Below, in pieces: positions 16,324 to 25,220 of a stretch of 31,664 bases of DNA. Source of the stretch: a virus. How positions within the stretch are numbered: the stretch's first letter is position 1; each line of letters begins with the position of its first letter. The notes under the pieces were generated by a model. That model was given only the letters and a program-made list of their open reading frames with translations. It had not been told where the DNA came from and did no database searches. The stretch lies in the IMG/VR virus record IMGVR_UViG_3300029893_000002; one strand, written 5' to 3'. The position numbers and the translations under genes are program-made.

Positions 16324-16691
16324 CGTCCACCTCCGAGCCTGGACTCGTTCTTGAGCGCCCAGTCGGCGACGCCCTCCCGCAGCCCGACCTCGGGGTGGTA
16401 GAGCGCGTACTGGGCCAGCAGATCGAGCGTCCTACCGTCCGCGCGATGCTTCGGGTTCCGAGCGAGTGCGAGGAGATCCTTCCGGGCGGTCGCGAACTCG
16501 CGGCCGGTGGTCACGCGGAGGAACTCGGCCGTCGCCGCCGCCAGGGTCTTCGGGTGGAGCGACGGCAGCTCCCGCCGGCCCATCCGGCGAGGGACCTCGG
16601 GCTTTGGTGTCGCGGCCGGCGCATCGCCAAGGGCGCGCAGGGCGTTCGGGGGCGCGGGCGGCGCCGGCAGGGTCTCGGGGGGGTCGGCCAT
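16320..16691 (-). CDS. Hypothetical protein (123 aa)
   Basis: Coupled to the downstream gene; TGCTAGAAC lies 6 nt before the ATG. Confidence 0.6.
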   Translation of the reverse strand: MADPPETLPAPPAPPNALRALGDAPAATPKPEVPRRMGRRELPSLHPKTLAAATAEFLRVTTGREFATARKDLLALARNPKHRADGRTLDLLAQYALYHPEVGLREGVADWALKNESRLGGGR

Positions 16692-16732
16692 GGAACCGTT
16701 CTAGCAGCGGCGCCCGCCCGGAGGAAGGCCCC

Positions 16733-17146
16733 TCAGCCGCCCTCTGGGGCGCTTTCCCCGCCGCCCGCGTCGCTGGCCGTCACGGAGCGCCCAGGGGGCG
16801 CAGGCGGCCGCCAGAGCACCGTGGTGGCGCCGCAGCAGGTGGTGCCGCGCCGGTAGCGCTTGCCGCAGCCCACCGCGCAGATCCACGGCCGCGCGTCGGG
16901 TGTGGGTGTCTGTATGGAAAACCCGCTCGCGGCGAGCTCACGGGCGAGCGCCCGCAGATCGACCACGGGGTCGTCCGAGGCAGCCACGGCCTCGATGAGG
17001 GGCTCGAAGGTCTCGAGGCGCTCATCGAATGCCGCCTGGTCGGCCTGTTGCCGCGCCTTCCAGGCGCAGTCGCAGGCGAAGCCGCCGTAGCGGGCCTCCT
17101 TGTCGGCTTCGGGGCAGCCGGGCTGGTGGTTCCATCCCATCGTCAT
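16733..17146 (-). CDS. Cys-rich hypothetical protein
   Basis: ATG 17146 after GGAGGAGA; HQPGC..CDC and CAVGC..CC clusters. Confidence 0.6.
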   Translation of the reverse strand: MTMGWNHQPGCPEADKEARYGGFACDCAWKARQQADQAAFDERLETFEPLIEAVAASDDPVVDLRALARELAASGFSIQTPTPDARPWICAVGCGKRYRRGTTCCGATTVLWRPPAPPGRSVTASDAGGGESAPEGG

Positions 17147-17163
17147 CGTGGCATTCTCCTCCT

Positions 17164-18195
17164 GTGGACTGGGGTGAGGAATTCGCGCTCGATCTCGCCC
17201 GGGCGCTCTACCGAGACGCACCCGAGACGCGCATCGCGCTCGAGCTGCCCCCGAGCCCCGAGGAGCTCGTCGAAGAGGCCTACCTCGGCGCCGGCGCTCA
17301 CGGCGCCGCCTTCGAGCACGGCGACGACACCGTCCTCAAGCTGACGGTCGACCGGGACGACGCCTACGCGTCGGCCATCGTGAAGGACGAGGGCCCGGTC
17401 CCCGGCGTCGTCGAGATCGGCTGGGTTGGCGAGATCCCGCTGAGCGAGACCGTCACCGACCGGACCGGCCAGCGCAAGGAGCGGGAGACGATCTGGGCCA
17501 TCCTTGCCGAGCGGGTCGATCCCGCCCCCGACTGGATCAACTACGTCAGCTGGCAGATCGACGATGCCCGCTACCGCGGCCAGACGAAGCGCGGTCTCAA
17601 CGAGGAGGTGGATCGGCGCATCGCGCAGATGCGCTCGTACGCCGCGGGCGACAAGGACGAGCTCGGGCTCGGGCCACCCCCGGTCCCGCGCGGGTTCGCC
17701 AGCTGGGAGGAGGTCGCCGAGCGACTCGACCAGCTCCGCGACTCCTGGAACCGTCTGCGCGACCTCGGGATCGAGCTCATCGACTTCTCGAAGGACAACA
17801 TCGGGATGCGCGACGGCGACCCGGTCTTCCTCGACCTCGGCTTCCGTAGCTACGTACTCGAGACCGAACCGGAGCTTCCCCTCCTGCGCAACGGGCCGCG
17901 CGATCTCAAGTTCGAGTCCGGGGTGACGGGGGCCGCGTACGGCCAGATCGACGCCTACGTCACCGCGATCGACGTCGAGACGAGCCGGGTCGTAGGCTAC
18001 CTGAGCTACTCGGTCTTCGAGGACCGTCCCTACCTGAACATCGTCCAGGTCGCTCCCGAGGCGCGCGGCGAGGGAATCGGGACAAAGCTCGTCGAGGAGC
18101 TCCTTCGCGACTACCCGTACGACTCCATCGTGTGGGGTCTCACGACGCGAGAAGGAACCGCCCTCAAGGCGAAGCTCGACGCGCGCCATCGCTAG
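17164..18195 (+). CDS. Protein kinase-like domain fused to a GNAT acetyltransferase
   Basis: LGAGAHG, VLKLT, DFSKDN, FLDLG; then VVGYLSY..IVQVAPEARGEGIGTKLV (acetyl-CoA motif A) and TREGTAL. GTG 17164 start is approximate. Confidence 0.82.
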   Translation: MDWGEEFALDLARALYRDAPETRIALELPPSPEELVEEAYLGAGAHGAAFEHGDDTVLKLTVDRDDAYASAIVKDEGPVPGVVEIGWVGEIPLSETVTDRTGQRKERETIWAILAERVDPAPDWINYVSWQIDDARYRGQTKRGLNEEVDRRIAQMRSYAAGDKDELGLGPPPVPRGFASWEEVAERLDQLRDSWNRLRDLGIELIDFSKDNIGMRDGDPVFLDLGFRSYVLETEPELPLLRNGPRDLKFESGVTGAAYGQIDAYVTAIDVETSRVVGYLSYSVFEDRPYLNIVQVAPEARGEGIGTKLVEELLRDYPYDSIVWGLTTREGTALKAKLDARHR

Positions 18196-18524
18196 ACCGG
18201 CTCGCCAGGACGCCAGAACGCGAGCGCCGCGATCTCGGGCGGCGGCTCATTTCCCCAATGGGCGCGATACTCCTCCCCGCAGTCGAGTCGCTCGGCCGGC
18301 CACGTCTCGAAGAACGCGCCTAGCTCACGCAGGTGCTCGTGGATCGCCTGGCATCGAAGGCAGCGCTTGACGGTCTCCCATTCGCCGTCGAACAGGATGC
18401 CGATGCGCATGTAGGCATGTCCTGGTTCGATCGGAAGATCGCAGGCGTCGCACTCGTGTCGGATCCGCGCGCGCACCCGGCGCTCGTCGTAGATCGTGTA
18501 TTGTTCCTCGACGGTATGGCTCAT
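18192..18524 (-). CDS. Phage-type Zn-finger protein
   Basis: RARIRHECDAC..IEPG..Y..CLRC; ATGA overlap. Confidence 0.75.
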   Translation of the reverse strand: MSHTVEEQYTIYDERRVRARIRHECDACDLPIEPGHAYMRIGILFDGEWETVKRCLRCQAIHEHLRELGAFFETWPAERLDCGEEYRAHWGNEPPPEIAALAFWRPGEPV

Positions 18525-19312
18525 CGGCGGTCCTCCCCGAGCACGCGGTCGCACTGGCGGCGAAGCGACTCGACCTCGCGCCGGAAGTCATCGAGTTGGC
18601 CGTCCTGAACACGCCGGATCCACTCCCGGACGTTCTCGGCGGTTAACTCCTCGCGATAGCCCATATGTCCGAGGACGGCGCGCCGCAGGGCGTCGAGGGG
18701 CGCCTCGAGCATGCGCTTGGCGTCGCGGTACTCTTGCGCGGCGAGCGCGGCGGCATCGATCCTTTTGTCGAGCTGCGCTTTCGCATGGAGTGTCGCTTCC
18801 TCGACGAGGTGGTCGAGCCGCTCGGCGACCACTTCGGCCGTGAGCTCCACGTCGCCGATCCGGATCAGGCGCGCGCGCCCTTCCTCCGCGACACGCGCGG
18901 CCCTGCGGAGCGCGGCCATCGTGATCGATTCCGGGAGCGGTCCAGGGCTTCGCTGGCGCGCGACGATGAGGCGCCGGAGCTTGTCTCCGGCCTTGGTCGG
19001 CACCATCAGGCCCCAGCCCTCGGGGACCTCCTCGGGCCGCACGACGTCCGCGAGCGCGACGAAATAGCACTCAGTGAAGTGCTCCTCGCACCAGCTGCGC
19101 TTTTCGGGCTTCGATAGCTCCCTCAGCCAATCCGACCGGTAGCGCTTGATCTCGTAGGCAACGCGCCTGCCCCTCTTGGACGGGTAGACGTTGAAGGCGG
19201 CGACGTCGATCCATCCGTTGAGCCGACCCCCGGTGCCGTTTCCGAGCTCGCGGAAGGTGGCCCATTCCGGAAGGGGGTGCCGTGCCTCGATGAGTGCCTC
19301 GAGATCGGTCAT
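18521..19312 (-). CDS. MmcB-like PD-(D/E)xK nuclease with helical C-terminus
   Basis: RE..WIDVAA..AYEIKRYRSDWLREL..PEK..YFV..EEVPEGWGLM. Confidence 0.75.
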   Translation of the reverse strand: MTDLEALIEARHPLPEWATFRELGNGTGGRLNGWIDVAAFNVYPSKRGRRVAYEIKRYRSDWLRELSKPEKRSWCEEHFTECYFVALADVVRPEEVPEGWGLMVPTKAGDKLRRLIVARQRSPGPLPESITMAALRRAARVAEEGRARLIRIGDVELTAEVVAERLDHLVEEATLHAKAQLDKRIDAAALAAQEYRDAKRMLEAPLDALRRAVLGHMGYREELTAENVREWIRRVQDGQLDDFRREVESLRRQCDRVLGEDRR

Positions 19313-19794
19313 TCGATCCACATCCCGAGCTGGTTACGAAGTTGGTTCATGGCGCCCACCGGGACGTGCCAGAAGCCCTGCATCCCACGGCACGGGATCG
19401 GCGACTCGAGGGGCCGGTGGTCCTTGAAGACGAGGCCGATGTCCCCCGTGTACCAGGGGCTCGCGCGGTAGAACCCGATGTCCCTTTCCGACAGGCCGTA
19501 GCAGTCCTCCCGGTCGGGTGCGATCCAGCCCGCCAGCGTTGCGACCGCCACGATCGCGCCGACCCGCTCGGGCCGCTCGCCGTCCTGCTGGCTGTAGCCG
19601 AGCTCGAGGACATCCTCGAGTCCGAGAATCTCCTCGAACGCTTCGACCGCCGCGGGGTCCCACTTCTTGCCGGCGTGGATGGCGATCGGCTTGCCTACCA
19701 GGTAGCGGCCCGGGATCCAGGACCGGTTCTCGACGGGCTTCATCCCGTCGCCGAGCGGTTCGTCCCAAGGTCTATGCAGCGTGAGTCCGTGCAT
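19309..19794 (-). CDS. ASCH domain protein
   Basis: LTLHRPW..GMKPVENRSW..IAIHAGK..GAIVAVATL..PIPCRGMQGFW. Confidence 0.85.
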   Translation of the reverse strand: MHGLTLHRPWDEPLGDGMKPVENRSWIPGRYLVGKPIAIHAGKKWDPAAVEAFEEILGLEDVLELGYSQQDGERPERVGAIVAVATLAGWIAPDREDCYGLSERDIGFYRASPWYTGDIGLVFKDHRPLESPIPCRGMQGFWHVPVGAMNQLRNQLGMWIE

Positions 19795-19797
19795 GGC

Positions 19798-20016
19798 TCA
19801 GCTCCTCGATCCGTCGGGGTAGACGCGAAAGACCGCGCTGAGGACACCGGCGTCCTCCCGCCAGACGGTGACAGGGATTCCGTGCTCCCGAGCCGCCCGC
19901 GCGGCCGTCGCGGCGGCGCCCCAGAGCACATCTCCAGCCGGGTAGGCCGGTCCAGGTCCCACCCAGTAGCGAAAGGGGCCGTTCAACCGGCCGTGCTCGC
20001 CTTCGGTGAGCAGCAT
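19798..20016 (-). CDS. Small hypothetical protein (72 aa)
   Basis: TGATG overlap at 20016; 3' part of ORF 19798-20541. Confidence 0.55.
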   Translation of the reverse strand: MLLTEGEHGRLNGPFRYWVGPGPAYPAGDVLWGAAATAARAAREHGIPVTVWREDAGVLSAVFRVYPDGSRS

Positions 20017-20348
20017 CAAGGGCACTCGAGGACGTGGCAGATCTCGAAGTAGACGCGGTCGCCGTAGGCGAGGCGGTTGCTCGTCGCCGGCTCGTTCCGG
20101 AGAAACCCGGTGTAGCCGTTCCGTTCGCGCCGCTCGACCTCGACCCACATGCGCTCGGCCGCCGGCGGCGCGTCGATGCCGAAGTGCTCCTGCAGCGACG
20201 GGTCCTCGCGGTATCGCTTCTCGGTGTCGGCGAAGATGAACGCCAACTTGACGTTGTCGCCAGGGCGCAGCGCTCGGTAGATGCGCTGCCACTCGGGAAT
20301 GACGCGCAGCTCCCAACCGTCCCGATCCATCTGTGCGAGCTCGACCAT
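20016..20348 (-). CDS. DUF2314/YegJ-like protein
   Basis: GDNVKLAF..ERMWVEV..YTGFLRNEP..LAYGDRVYF. Confidence 0.6.
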   Translation of the reverse strand: MVELAQMDRDGWELRVIPEWQRIYRALRPGDNVKLAFIFADTEKRYREDPSLQEHFGIDAPPAAERMWVEVERRERNGYTGFLRNEPATSNRLAYGDRVYFEICHVLECP

Positions 20349-20351
20349 GGT

Positions 20352-20879
20352 CTACTCCGTGAATCCCAGTTCGATGGCCTTGTCGTAGAAGCGCCGGATC
20401 CAGACGTGCGACGCGATGCGATCGGGACCCGGGAAGGTTGCTGCCCACGGCTCGGTGGCGCTGCACTCCGATTGCTCGACTCGGAGCGCGAGCCGGTCCA
20501 TCTCCTTGATCTCGACCGGCATCACGGAAGGCAGCTCCCACTTCGGGACGAACGCCTCGCGCCAGATCCGATCCTCGACCGTCTCGTAGTCACCGCACAG
20601 TCCCTTGAGCGGCTTCGGGAGGTCCTTGGCGAACGCCTCGGGCCCGTCGTGCATGAGCGCACAGCGGTGGAGGTCGGGCCTGTCCGGGTATCGGTCCATG
20701 ACGAGGTCGAGGACGAGAAGCGAGTGCTCGGCGACAACGATCGTCCGGATCGTGTGCCCGTTGAAGCGGGGCTCTCGACCGAGCGCGACCGCGCAGTCGA
20801 GAAGCGTGAACGACTCCGGGCGCGGCCTCATGAAGTCGAACTCGCGGCCCGTGTAGGTGCGAATGGTGGTCTTGTTCAC
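20352..20879 (-). CDS. HD-domain phosphohydrolase (YfdR/YfbR-like 5'-deoxynucleotidase)
   Basis: TYTGREFDF..RFNGHT..VAEHS..ALMHDGPEAF.KDLPKPLK..D. Confidence 0.85.
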   Translation of the reverse strand: MNKTTIRTYTGREFDFMRPRPESFTLLDCAVALGREPRFNGHTIRTIVVAEHSLLVLDLVMDRYPDRPDLHRCALMHDGPEAFAKDLPKPLKGLCGDYETVEDRIWREAFVPKWELPSVMPVEIKEMDRLALRVEQSECSATEPWAATFPGPDRIASHVWIRRFYDKAIELGFTE

Positions 20880-21448
20880 TCCGTCTTCTCCGAGTCGAGA
20901 ATGGCCGAGACCGCCTTGTCGAGGTCGGTCTCGCGCGCGAGCTCCTCCGTCACGCGCTGCTCGGCCGCCTCATAGAGCGGCCCCGTACGGAAGCCGCTCC
21001 GCTTGGGCTTCCGGAGCATGTCGACCACGTCGGCGAGATGCCGGTACTCGCGGGAGACCTTGGACCACTCCTCGCGCTCGATCTCGTTGGCGAGCGCTCG
21101 CTGTGCGGCGAGGTTCGCCTCGAACGTGAGTAGCTGAACGAACCACTCGAGCGTGGCCCGCTCGCCCTCGGCGATTCCTTCCTCGCGTGACGTTTGCCGT
21201 TCGGCAACGATCAGTTGCATCAGTCGCTCGGCGAGCGCCTGCTCGACCTTCTTGCGGTAGGGATCGAACCACTTGCCGGGGCGCTTTTTGCCGAGCGCCT
21301 TGACGAGCTCGGCCTGCATGGTGTCGTGGATGAGCTTCCGAACGCGCTCCTCCGTCATGAACTTCCGAGACAGGACGGCCGTGATGCCGGCGAGCGCGAT
21401 GCCCCCGAGCGCGGCCCACGACGTCCAGCGACTCTTCTCGTCTGCCAT
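20876..21448 (-). CDS. Hypothetical protein with N-terminal TM segment
   Basis: GAGGAGGAGG RBS; WAALGGIALAGITAVL followed by a helical body. Confidence 0.7.
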   Translation of the reverse strand: MADEKSRWTSWAALGGIALAGITAVLSRKFMTEERVRKLIHDTMQAELVKALGKKRPGKWFDPYRKKVEQALAERLMQLIVAERQTSREEGIAEGERATLEWFVQLLTFEANLAAQRALANEIEREEWSKVSREYRHLADVVDMLRKPKRSGFRTGPLYEAAEQRVTEELARETDLDKAVSAILDSEKTE

Positions 21449-21458
21449 ACCCTCCTCC

Positions 21459-21560
21459 TCACAGCGCGTAGAGCGCCATCATCACGAGCGCTACGATGAG
21501 CGCAGTTGCGCTGACGGCCGCGCCTTGCCTGAGCGCCAGCTGCGCTTCGATTAGCTCCAT
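21459..21560 (-). CDS. Tiny hydrophobic peptide (33 aa)
   Basis: GGAG RBS; MELIEAQLALRQGAAVSATALIVALVMMALYAL fills the gap. Confidence 0.4.
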   Translation of the reverse strand: MELIEAQLALRQGAAVSATALIVALVMMALYAL

Positions 21561-22066
21561 GCGATCGGCTCCATGGTGTCCGGGATCCGGTGCTTGCCGC
21601 GGGCGAGCGGATGCTTCGGCCGGTCCTGCCCCGTGAGGCCCAGGTGGTGAAGCCGGACGCCCGCGTCCCGCAGCATGTGTCGCACGATCTCGTCCCTCCC
21701 GCCGATCCACCCGTCGTTCCCCCATGCTGCGATGACCCGGCCTCCCGCCAGGCACTCGGACCGAAGGTACACGTCATTGCCGTCGCCGACGGGATCGGGA
21801 TGAACCCGTAGCTCCTTCGGGTCGGTCGAGACGAGTCCGAAGAGGTTGACGACGACGATGCCTCCCGCGCCCCATCGCCTCGCGAACTTGACGCACCGCT
21901 TGATGGTCGGATCGTCCTTGTCGGCGCCGGCGACGGACGGGTTCAGCATGATCCAGACGACGGGCGCAACCGTCGTGTCCCACCGGCGCCAGAGCCGGTA
22001 GCGATAGGTGCCGCACTTCGAGAAGTCGGCGCCCCCGAGATAGCCGATCAGGCTGCCTTGACCCAT
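21551..22066 (-). CDS. DUF1643 family protein
   Basis: FSKCGTYRYRLWRRW..IMLNPS.A..DDPTIKRC..NLF..AAWG..PKHPL. Confidence 0.88.
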   Translation of the reverse strand: MGQGSLIGYLGGADFSKCGTYRYRLWRRWDTTVAPVVWIMLNPSVAGADKDDPTIKRCVKFARRWGAGGIVVVNLFGLVSTDPKELRVHPDPVGDGNDVYLRSECLAGGRVIAAWGNDGWIGGRDEIVRHMLRDAGVRLHHLGLTGQDRPKHPLARGKHRIPDTMEPIAWS

Positions 22067-22809
22067 CCGTCCTCTCGGCGGGTCTCGGCGAGCTCGTACG
22101 AGAGCACCCACACCCAGGGATTGTCGTCCCAGCCGAAGCCGCGGGCGTCGTTCAGGCGGTCCCACATCGCCCGGTAGGCCGAGTGCAGGGTCGGGAGCGA
22201 TGACCACGGGACGTCGAGTGCCTTCGCGACCACGTCGACCGTGCATCCCTCCCGCACGATCGCCTCCTCGGTGATGTCCCAGAGGGGCTCGATCCGGACG
22301 TCGGTCACGCGCACGAGGATCCGCCTGGCCCACTTCGGCATGAAGAGCGGAGCGCACATCCCCTTCTCGGCCGACTTCGGAATGCACCAACCGGGTGGCA
22401 GCTCGCGCTCGGCGAAAAAGAGCTCGGCCTTGTCGGCCGCGTACCGAACGACGACGTCGCCGCAATCGCAGCTGTTCATGCCATGGGAGTGCGCGATCTG
22501 AGGGCGCCAGGTCTCCTTGAACCACAGCACGTCGCCCGGTCGCCCGTAGCGATGGCGCCAGTGGGGATGGGCTTTCTCCCCAAGGACCCCGGACTCACGC
22601 ATCAAATCGCGCACCGCCCAGACGGGTCCGGCTACCCGGAAACCGGATGGAGAGTCGGTGAAGATCGAAAACCCGGTCCCCGCCCGCCTCTTCACCGCCA
22701 CGATCGAGGGTGGCTGCGGCTTGAGGATGCGGCGGGTCTCGAGCTTCTTTCCGGCAAGCGTCTGCCGGATCGATACCGGCCCCATGATGATGGGCGTCTC
22801 ATGCGGCAT
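22048..22809 (-). CDS. Phage ASCH/PUA-like protein
   Basis: PII..LAGKKLETRRILKPQP..YGRPGDVLWFKETW..FMPKWARRI..VRIEPLWDITEE..EG..W..NPWVWV. Confidence 0.75.
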   Translation of the reverse strand: MPHETPIIMGPVSIRQTLAGKKLETRRILKPQPPSIVAVKRRAGTGFSIFTDSPSGFRVAGPVWAVRDLMRESGVLGEKAHPHWRHRYGRPGDVLWFKETWRPQIAHSHGMNSCDCGDVVVRYAADKAELFFAERELPPGWCIPKSAEKGMCAPLFMPKWARRILVRVTDVRIEPLWDITEEAIVREGCTVDVVAKALDVPWSSLPTLHSAYRAMWDRLNDARGFGWDDNPWVWVLSYELAETRREDGWVKAA

Positions 22810-23986
22810 GGAGCGCCTCCTCGAGAGGAAACTGCCGGACCCGAAAGCGCTCGGGCCACTCGTGCATGTCACCGCCCTTGGCGGCATCGAGCTTCACCCG
22901 ATAGCCGCCCTCGAGCGCACACAGCGATCCGACCGGCCAGCCCTCGGGGCGTGCCTCGGGCCCGATACGCGTATTCGATCCGAACTGCTTGAGGAAGACC
23001 GCCACCCCGCCGACCTCGGCCTGGTCGAGGGCCGACTCGGCCCACGCGACGTTGAACGGCCGCGCGCGACGTCCCGACTCGCCCCCGATCACGATCCAGT
23101 CGGGCGCGGGCAGGCACTCAAACTCGTCGGGCTTGATCCCTAGCTCGGCCACCGGCCGACGCACCCTTGTCCCGTCGACGAGGACCGAAAGCGCGCCATG
23201 GCGGTTGCTCGAGGCGCGGTAGATGCCGGGCTCGGCGAGCAGCCCCGCTCGAGGCCAGTCGCCCCAGACCCTCTGACGAAGCCTCACCCACCGACTCGGC
23301 CAGCGGTGACAGCAGCCGCAGGTCGCCGACTGGAGGCCGAAGTCGACCTCTTCGAGCGCGGGCTCGTAGCTGATCCAGCGAACGGCCGCCGGGCACTGCG
23401 CGAGGTAGGGGTAGCGCTCGTCGAGCGTCTGCTGGTTCTCGGCCGAGATGCCGAGCCAGATCCGTGGGTGCGGCCCCTTTCTGGCCATCGTGAGGGTCTG
23501 ATCGTAGATGCCGTCCGGATCGCGGCCGCCCCCGAGGTTCACGGCCGCTCGAGCCCACCGCTCGGGCAGGTCGCCGGCCGACAGGTACCGGAGCATCCGC
23601 TCAGCCCGCTTGGTGAGGACCTGGAAGGTGTGCCACGGGACCTCGTGACGGTCGTAGAGACAGGCCCACATGACGCCAAAGACCTGGTCGATCACCTCGT
23701 CGGGCACGCCCTCGTAGAAGAGGTCGCCCATGTCGGCGACGAAGATCTTGTAGGCCCCTCGCTTCCGGAGCGGCATCGACAGGTCCGGCCGCCATAGGCG
23801 CGTCTCACCGGTCCAGCGAGGGCCGTTCTTGCCGTAGACGGCGAGGCCCTTGTACTTCGGCTGATGGCGAAGCCTCGTCGATGCCAGCTGCTCGGCGTAG
23901 CACCGCTCGCAGCCTGCGCTCTTTCGCCTGCATCCGTTGACGACCGGCCACGAGAGCTCGGTCCACTCGATCGATGTCCGGCCCAC
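22799..23986 (-). CDS. DUF5131 / phage Gp37-Gp68 family (radical-SAM-like) protein
   Basis: TSIEWT..GCRRKSAGCERCYAE..IFVADMGDLF..HTFQVLTKR..WLGISAENQ..SYEPAL..WIVIGGESG..FLKQ. Confidence 0.9.
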   Translation of the reverse strand: MGRTSIEWTELSWPVVNGCRRKSAGCERCYAEQLASTRLRHQPKYKGLAVYGKNGPRWTGETRLWRPDLSMPLRKRGAYKIFVADMGDLFYEGVPDEVIDQVFGVMWACLYDRHEVPWHTFQVLTKRAERMLRYLSAGDLPERWARAAVNLGGGRDPDGIYDQTLTMARKGPHPRIWLGISAENQQTLDERYPYLAQCPAAVRWISYEPALEEVDFGLQSATCGCCHRWPSRWVRLRQRVWGDWPRAGLLAEPGIYRASSNRHGALSVLVDGTRVRRPVAELGIKPDEFECLPAPDWIVIGGESGRRARPFNVAWAESALDQAEVGGVAVFLKQFGSNTRIGPEARPEGWPVGSLCALEGGYRVKLDAAKGGDMHEWPERFRVRQFPLEEALHAA

Positions 23987-23987
23987 C

Positions 23988-24326
23988 TCAGCCCACCGTC
24001 TCGCCGAAGACCTTGCGGATGAAGCGCCGTGCAAGCTCGGGGTTCGCTGCGAGCGTCGGCCCGAAGATGCACTCGAACTTCTCCGCCAGGTAGTCGATGT
24101 CGTGGCCCTCGACGGGAAGGCTCCCCCCGAGGTGGCCGTTCGCCTCCGGAAACGAGACGCCTTGCTTGGCCGCGCGCTCGCAGATGTCGACGAACTTCGA
24201 CATGAGTCCGTTGAACTCGATGAACGCGTGGCAGCCCTGTCCCGCGTCCCGGAGGATGGGGTAGCACCTTCTGGTCGCCACCCGCATGCCTTCGGCGATC
24301 TCGATCAGCTCCTCTTTCGTGTACAT
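23988..24326 (-). CDS. Hypothetical protein (112 aa)
   Basis: AAAGGGG RBS; coding-like composition. Confidence 0.7.
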   Translation of the reverse strand: MYTKEELIEIAEGMRVATRRCYPILRDAGQGCHAFIEFNGLMSKFVDICERAAKQGVSFPEANGHLGGSLPVEGHDIDYLAEKFECIFGPTLAANPELARRFIRKVFGETVG

Positions 24327-24345
24327 CGACGTACCCCTTTCGCTG

Positions 24346-24702
24346 TCAGAGCAGCGTCATCTGCTTTCCATTCCCTCGGGCCGGCTGGCGCTCCTTCGCC
24401 TGACGCCGGCGTTCAGCTGCCTTTCGCTTCTCGTCGCGCTTCTGGCACTTGTAGAAGTGCTCGATCATCGCCCTGTCCGAAACGCGCAGGGGGATCTCCC
24501 TCTTGCAGAACGGGCACGACCACTTCTTCTTCTTCGTGTCCACCTTGCCGAACTGGCGCAGCTTGTGGCAGCGGGCACGGAACCGCTTGTCCTTCCTCGC
24601 GCACGCCGAGTCGTGACGGATCTGCTTGTGGGCATCCGCGCACTTCTTGCCGCACGTCGGGCACGGGTTCCATTCAGTCGTCGCGAGCGCCCTCGGTCCC
24701 AC
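24346..24702 (-). CDS. Basic Zn-finger protein
   Basis: CPTC..H..C and CPFC..H..C; ends QMTLL. GTG 24702 start is tentative. Confidence 0.6.
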   Translation of the reverse strand: MGPRALATTEWNPCPTCGKKCADAHKQIRHDSACARKDKRFRARCHKLRQFGKVDTKKKKWSCPFCKREIPLRVSDRAMIEHFYKCQKRDEKRKAAERRRQAKERQPARGNGKQMTLL

Positions 24703-24943
24703 CGGAAGCCTCGTTGAGATAGTCCTCGAGTGCCTCGACGCCGAGATCCACCAGGGCGCCGAGCGTGAGCCCGCGCGTGGTCGCGTGCTCGAGAGCCCGC
24801 TCGCGGAGCCGCGCAGGAAGTGGCCCGAACCCGGTCTCTGCGAGACGGCCCTGGAGCGCCATGAGCCGGCGCCAGGTCGACTCCGAAACACGAAGCGACT
24901 TGGTTCCGCTCACGGTCGAATCTGGGTTGATTCGGTCTGTCAC
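24674..24943 (-). CDS. Possible RHH-type DNA-binding protein
   Basis: TKSLRVSESTWRRLMAL..TLGALVDLGVEALE; GAAAGGA RBS. Confidence 0.55.
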   Translation of the reverse strand: MTDRINPDSTVSGTKSLRVSESTWRRLMALQGRLAETGFGPLPARLRERALEHATTRGLTLGALVDLGVEALEDYLNEASGGTEGARDD

Positions 24944-24998
24944 CGCTCATATCCTTTCCACCGACTGAGGTGGTGGTTCGCTGCCCTCTTGGTCGTCG

Positions 24999-25220
24999 TC
25001 AGCCGCCCCGTGGGTCCTTACCCCGCCCACGGGGCGGCGCCTTCCCTCCAGAACGCGCCTCCGAGCGCACTTCGTCGATGAGCTTCGCCGCATCGATCTT
25101 CCAGCGCTGTGACGGGCTCCCCTCGACGAGGGCCCGTTCGATCAGGCCGAGTGCTCGGCGACACCGGCTGACGAGCACGTGACCGGGCCACGACTCCGGG
25201 TCGGAGAAGTCGACGCTCAT
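24999..25220 (-). CDS. Small hypothetical protein
   Basis: ATGA overlap with 25217-25528. Confidence 0.55.
   Translation of the reverse strand: MSVDFSDPESWPGHVLVSRCRRALGLIERALVEGSPSQRWKIDAAKLIDEVRSEARSGGKAPPRGRGKDPRGG

Noticed and set aside
24465-24950. ATG 24950 ORF behind the GAAAGGA RBS
   Set aside because: Translation is low-quality Arg-rich sequence. GTG 24943 can use the same RBS and gives a plausible RHH-like protein.
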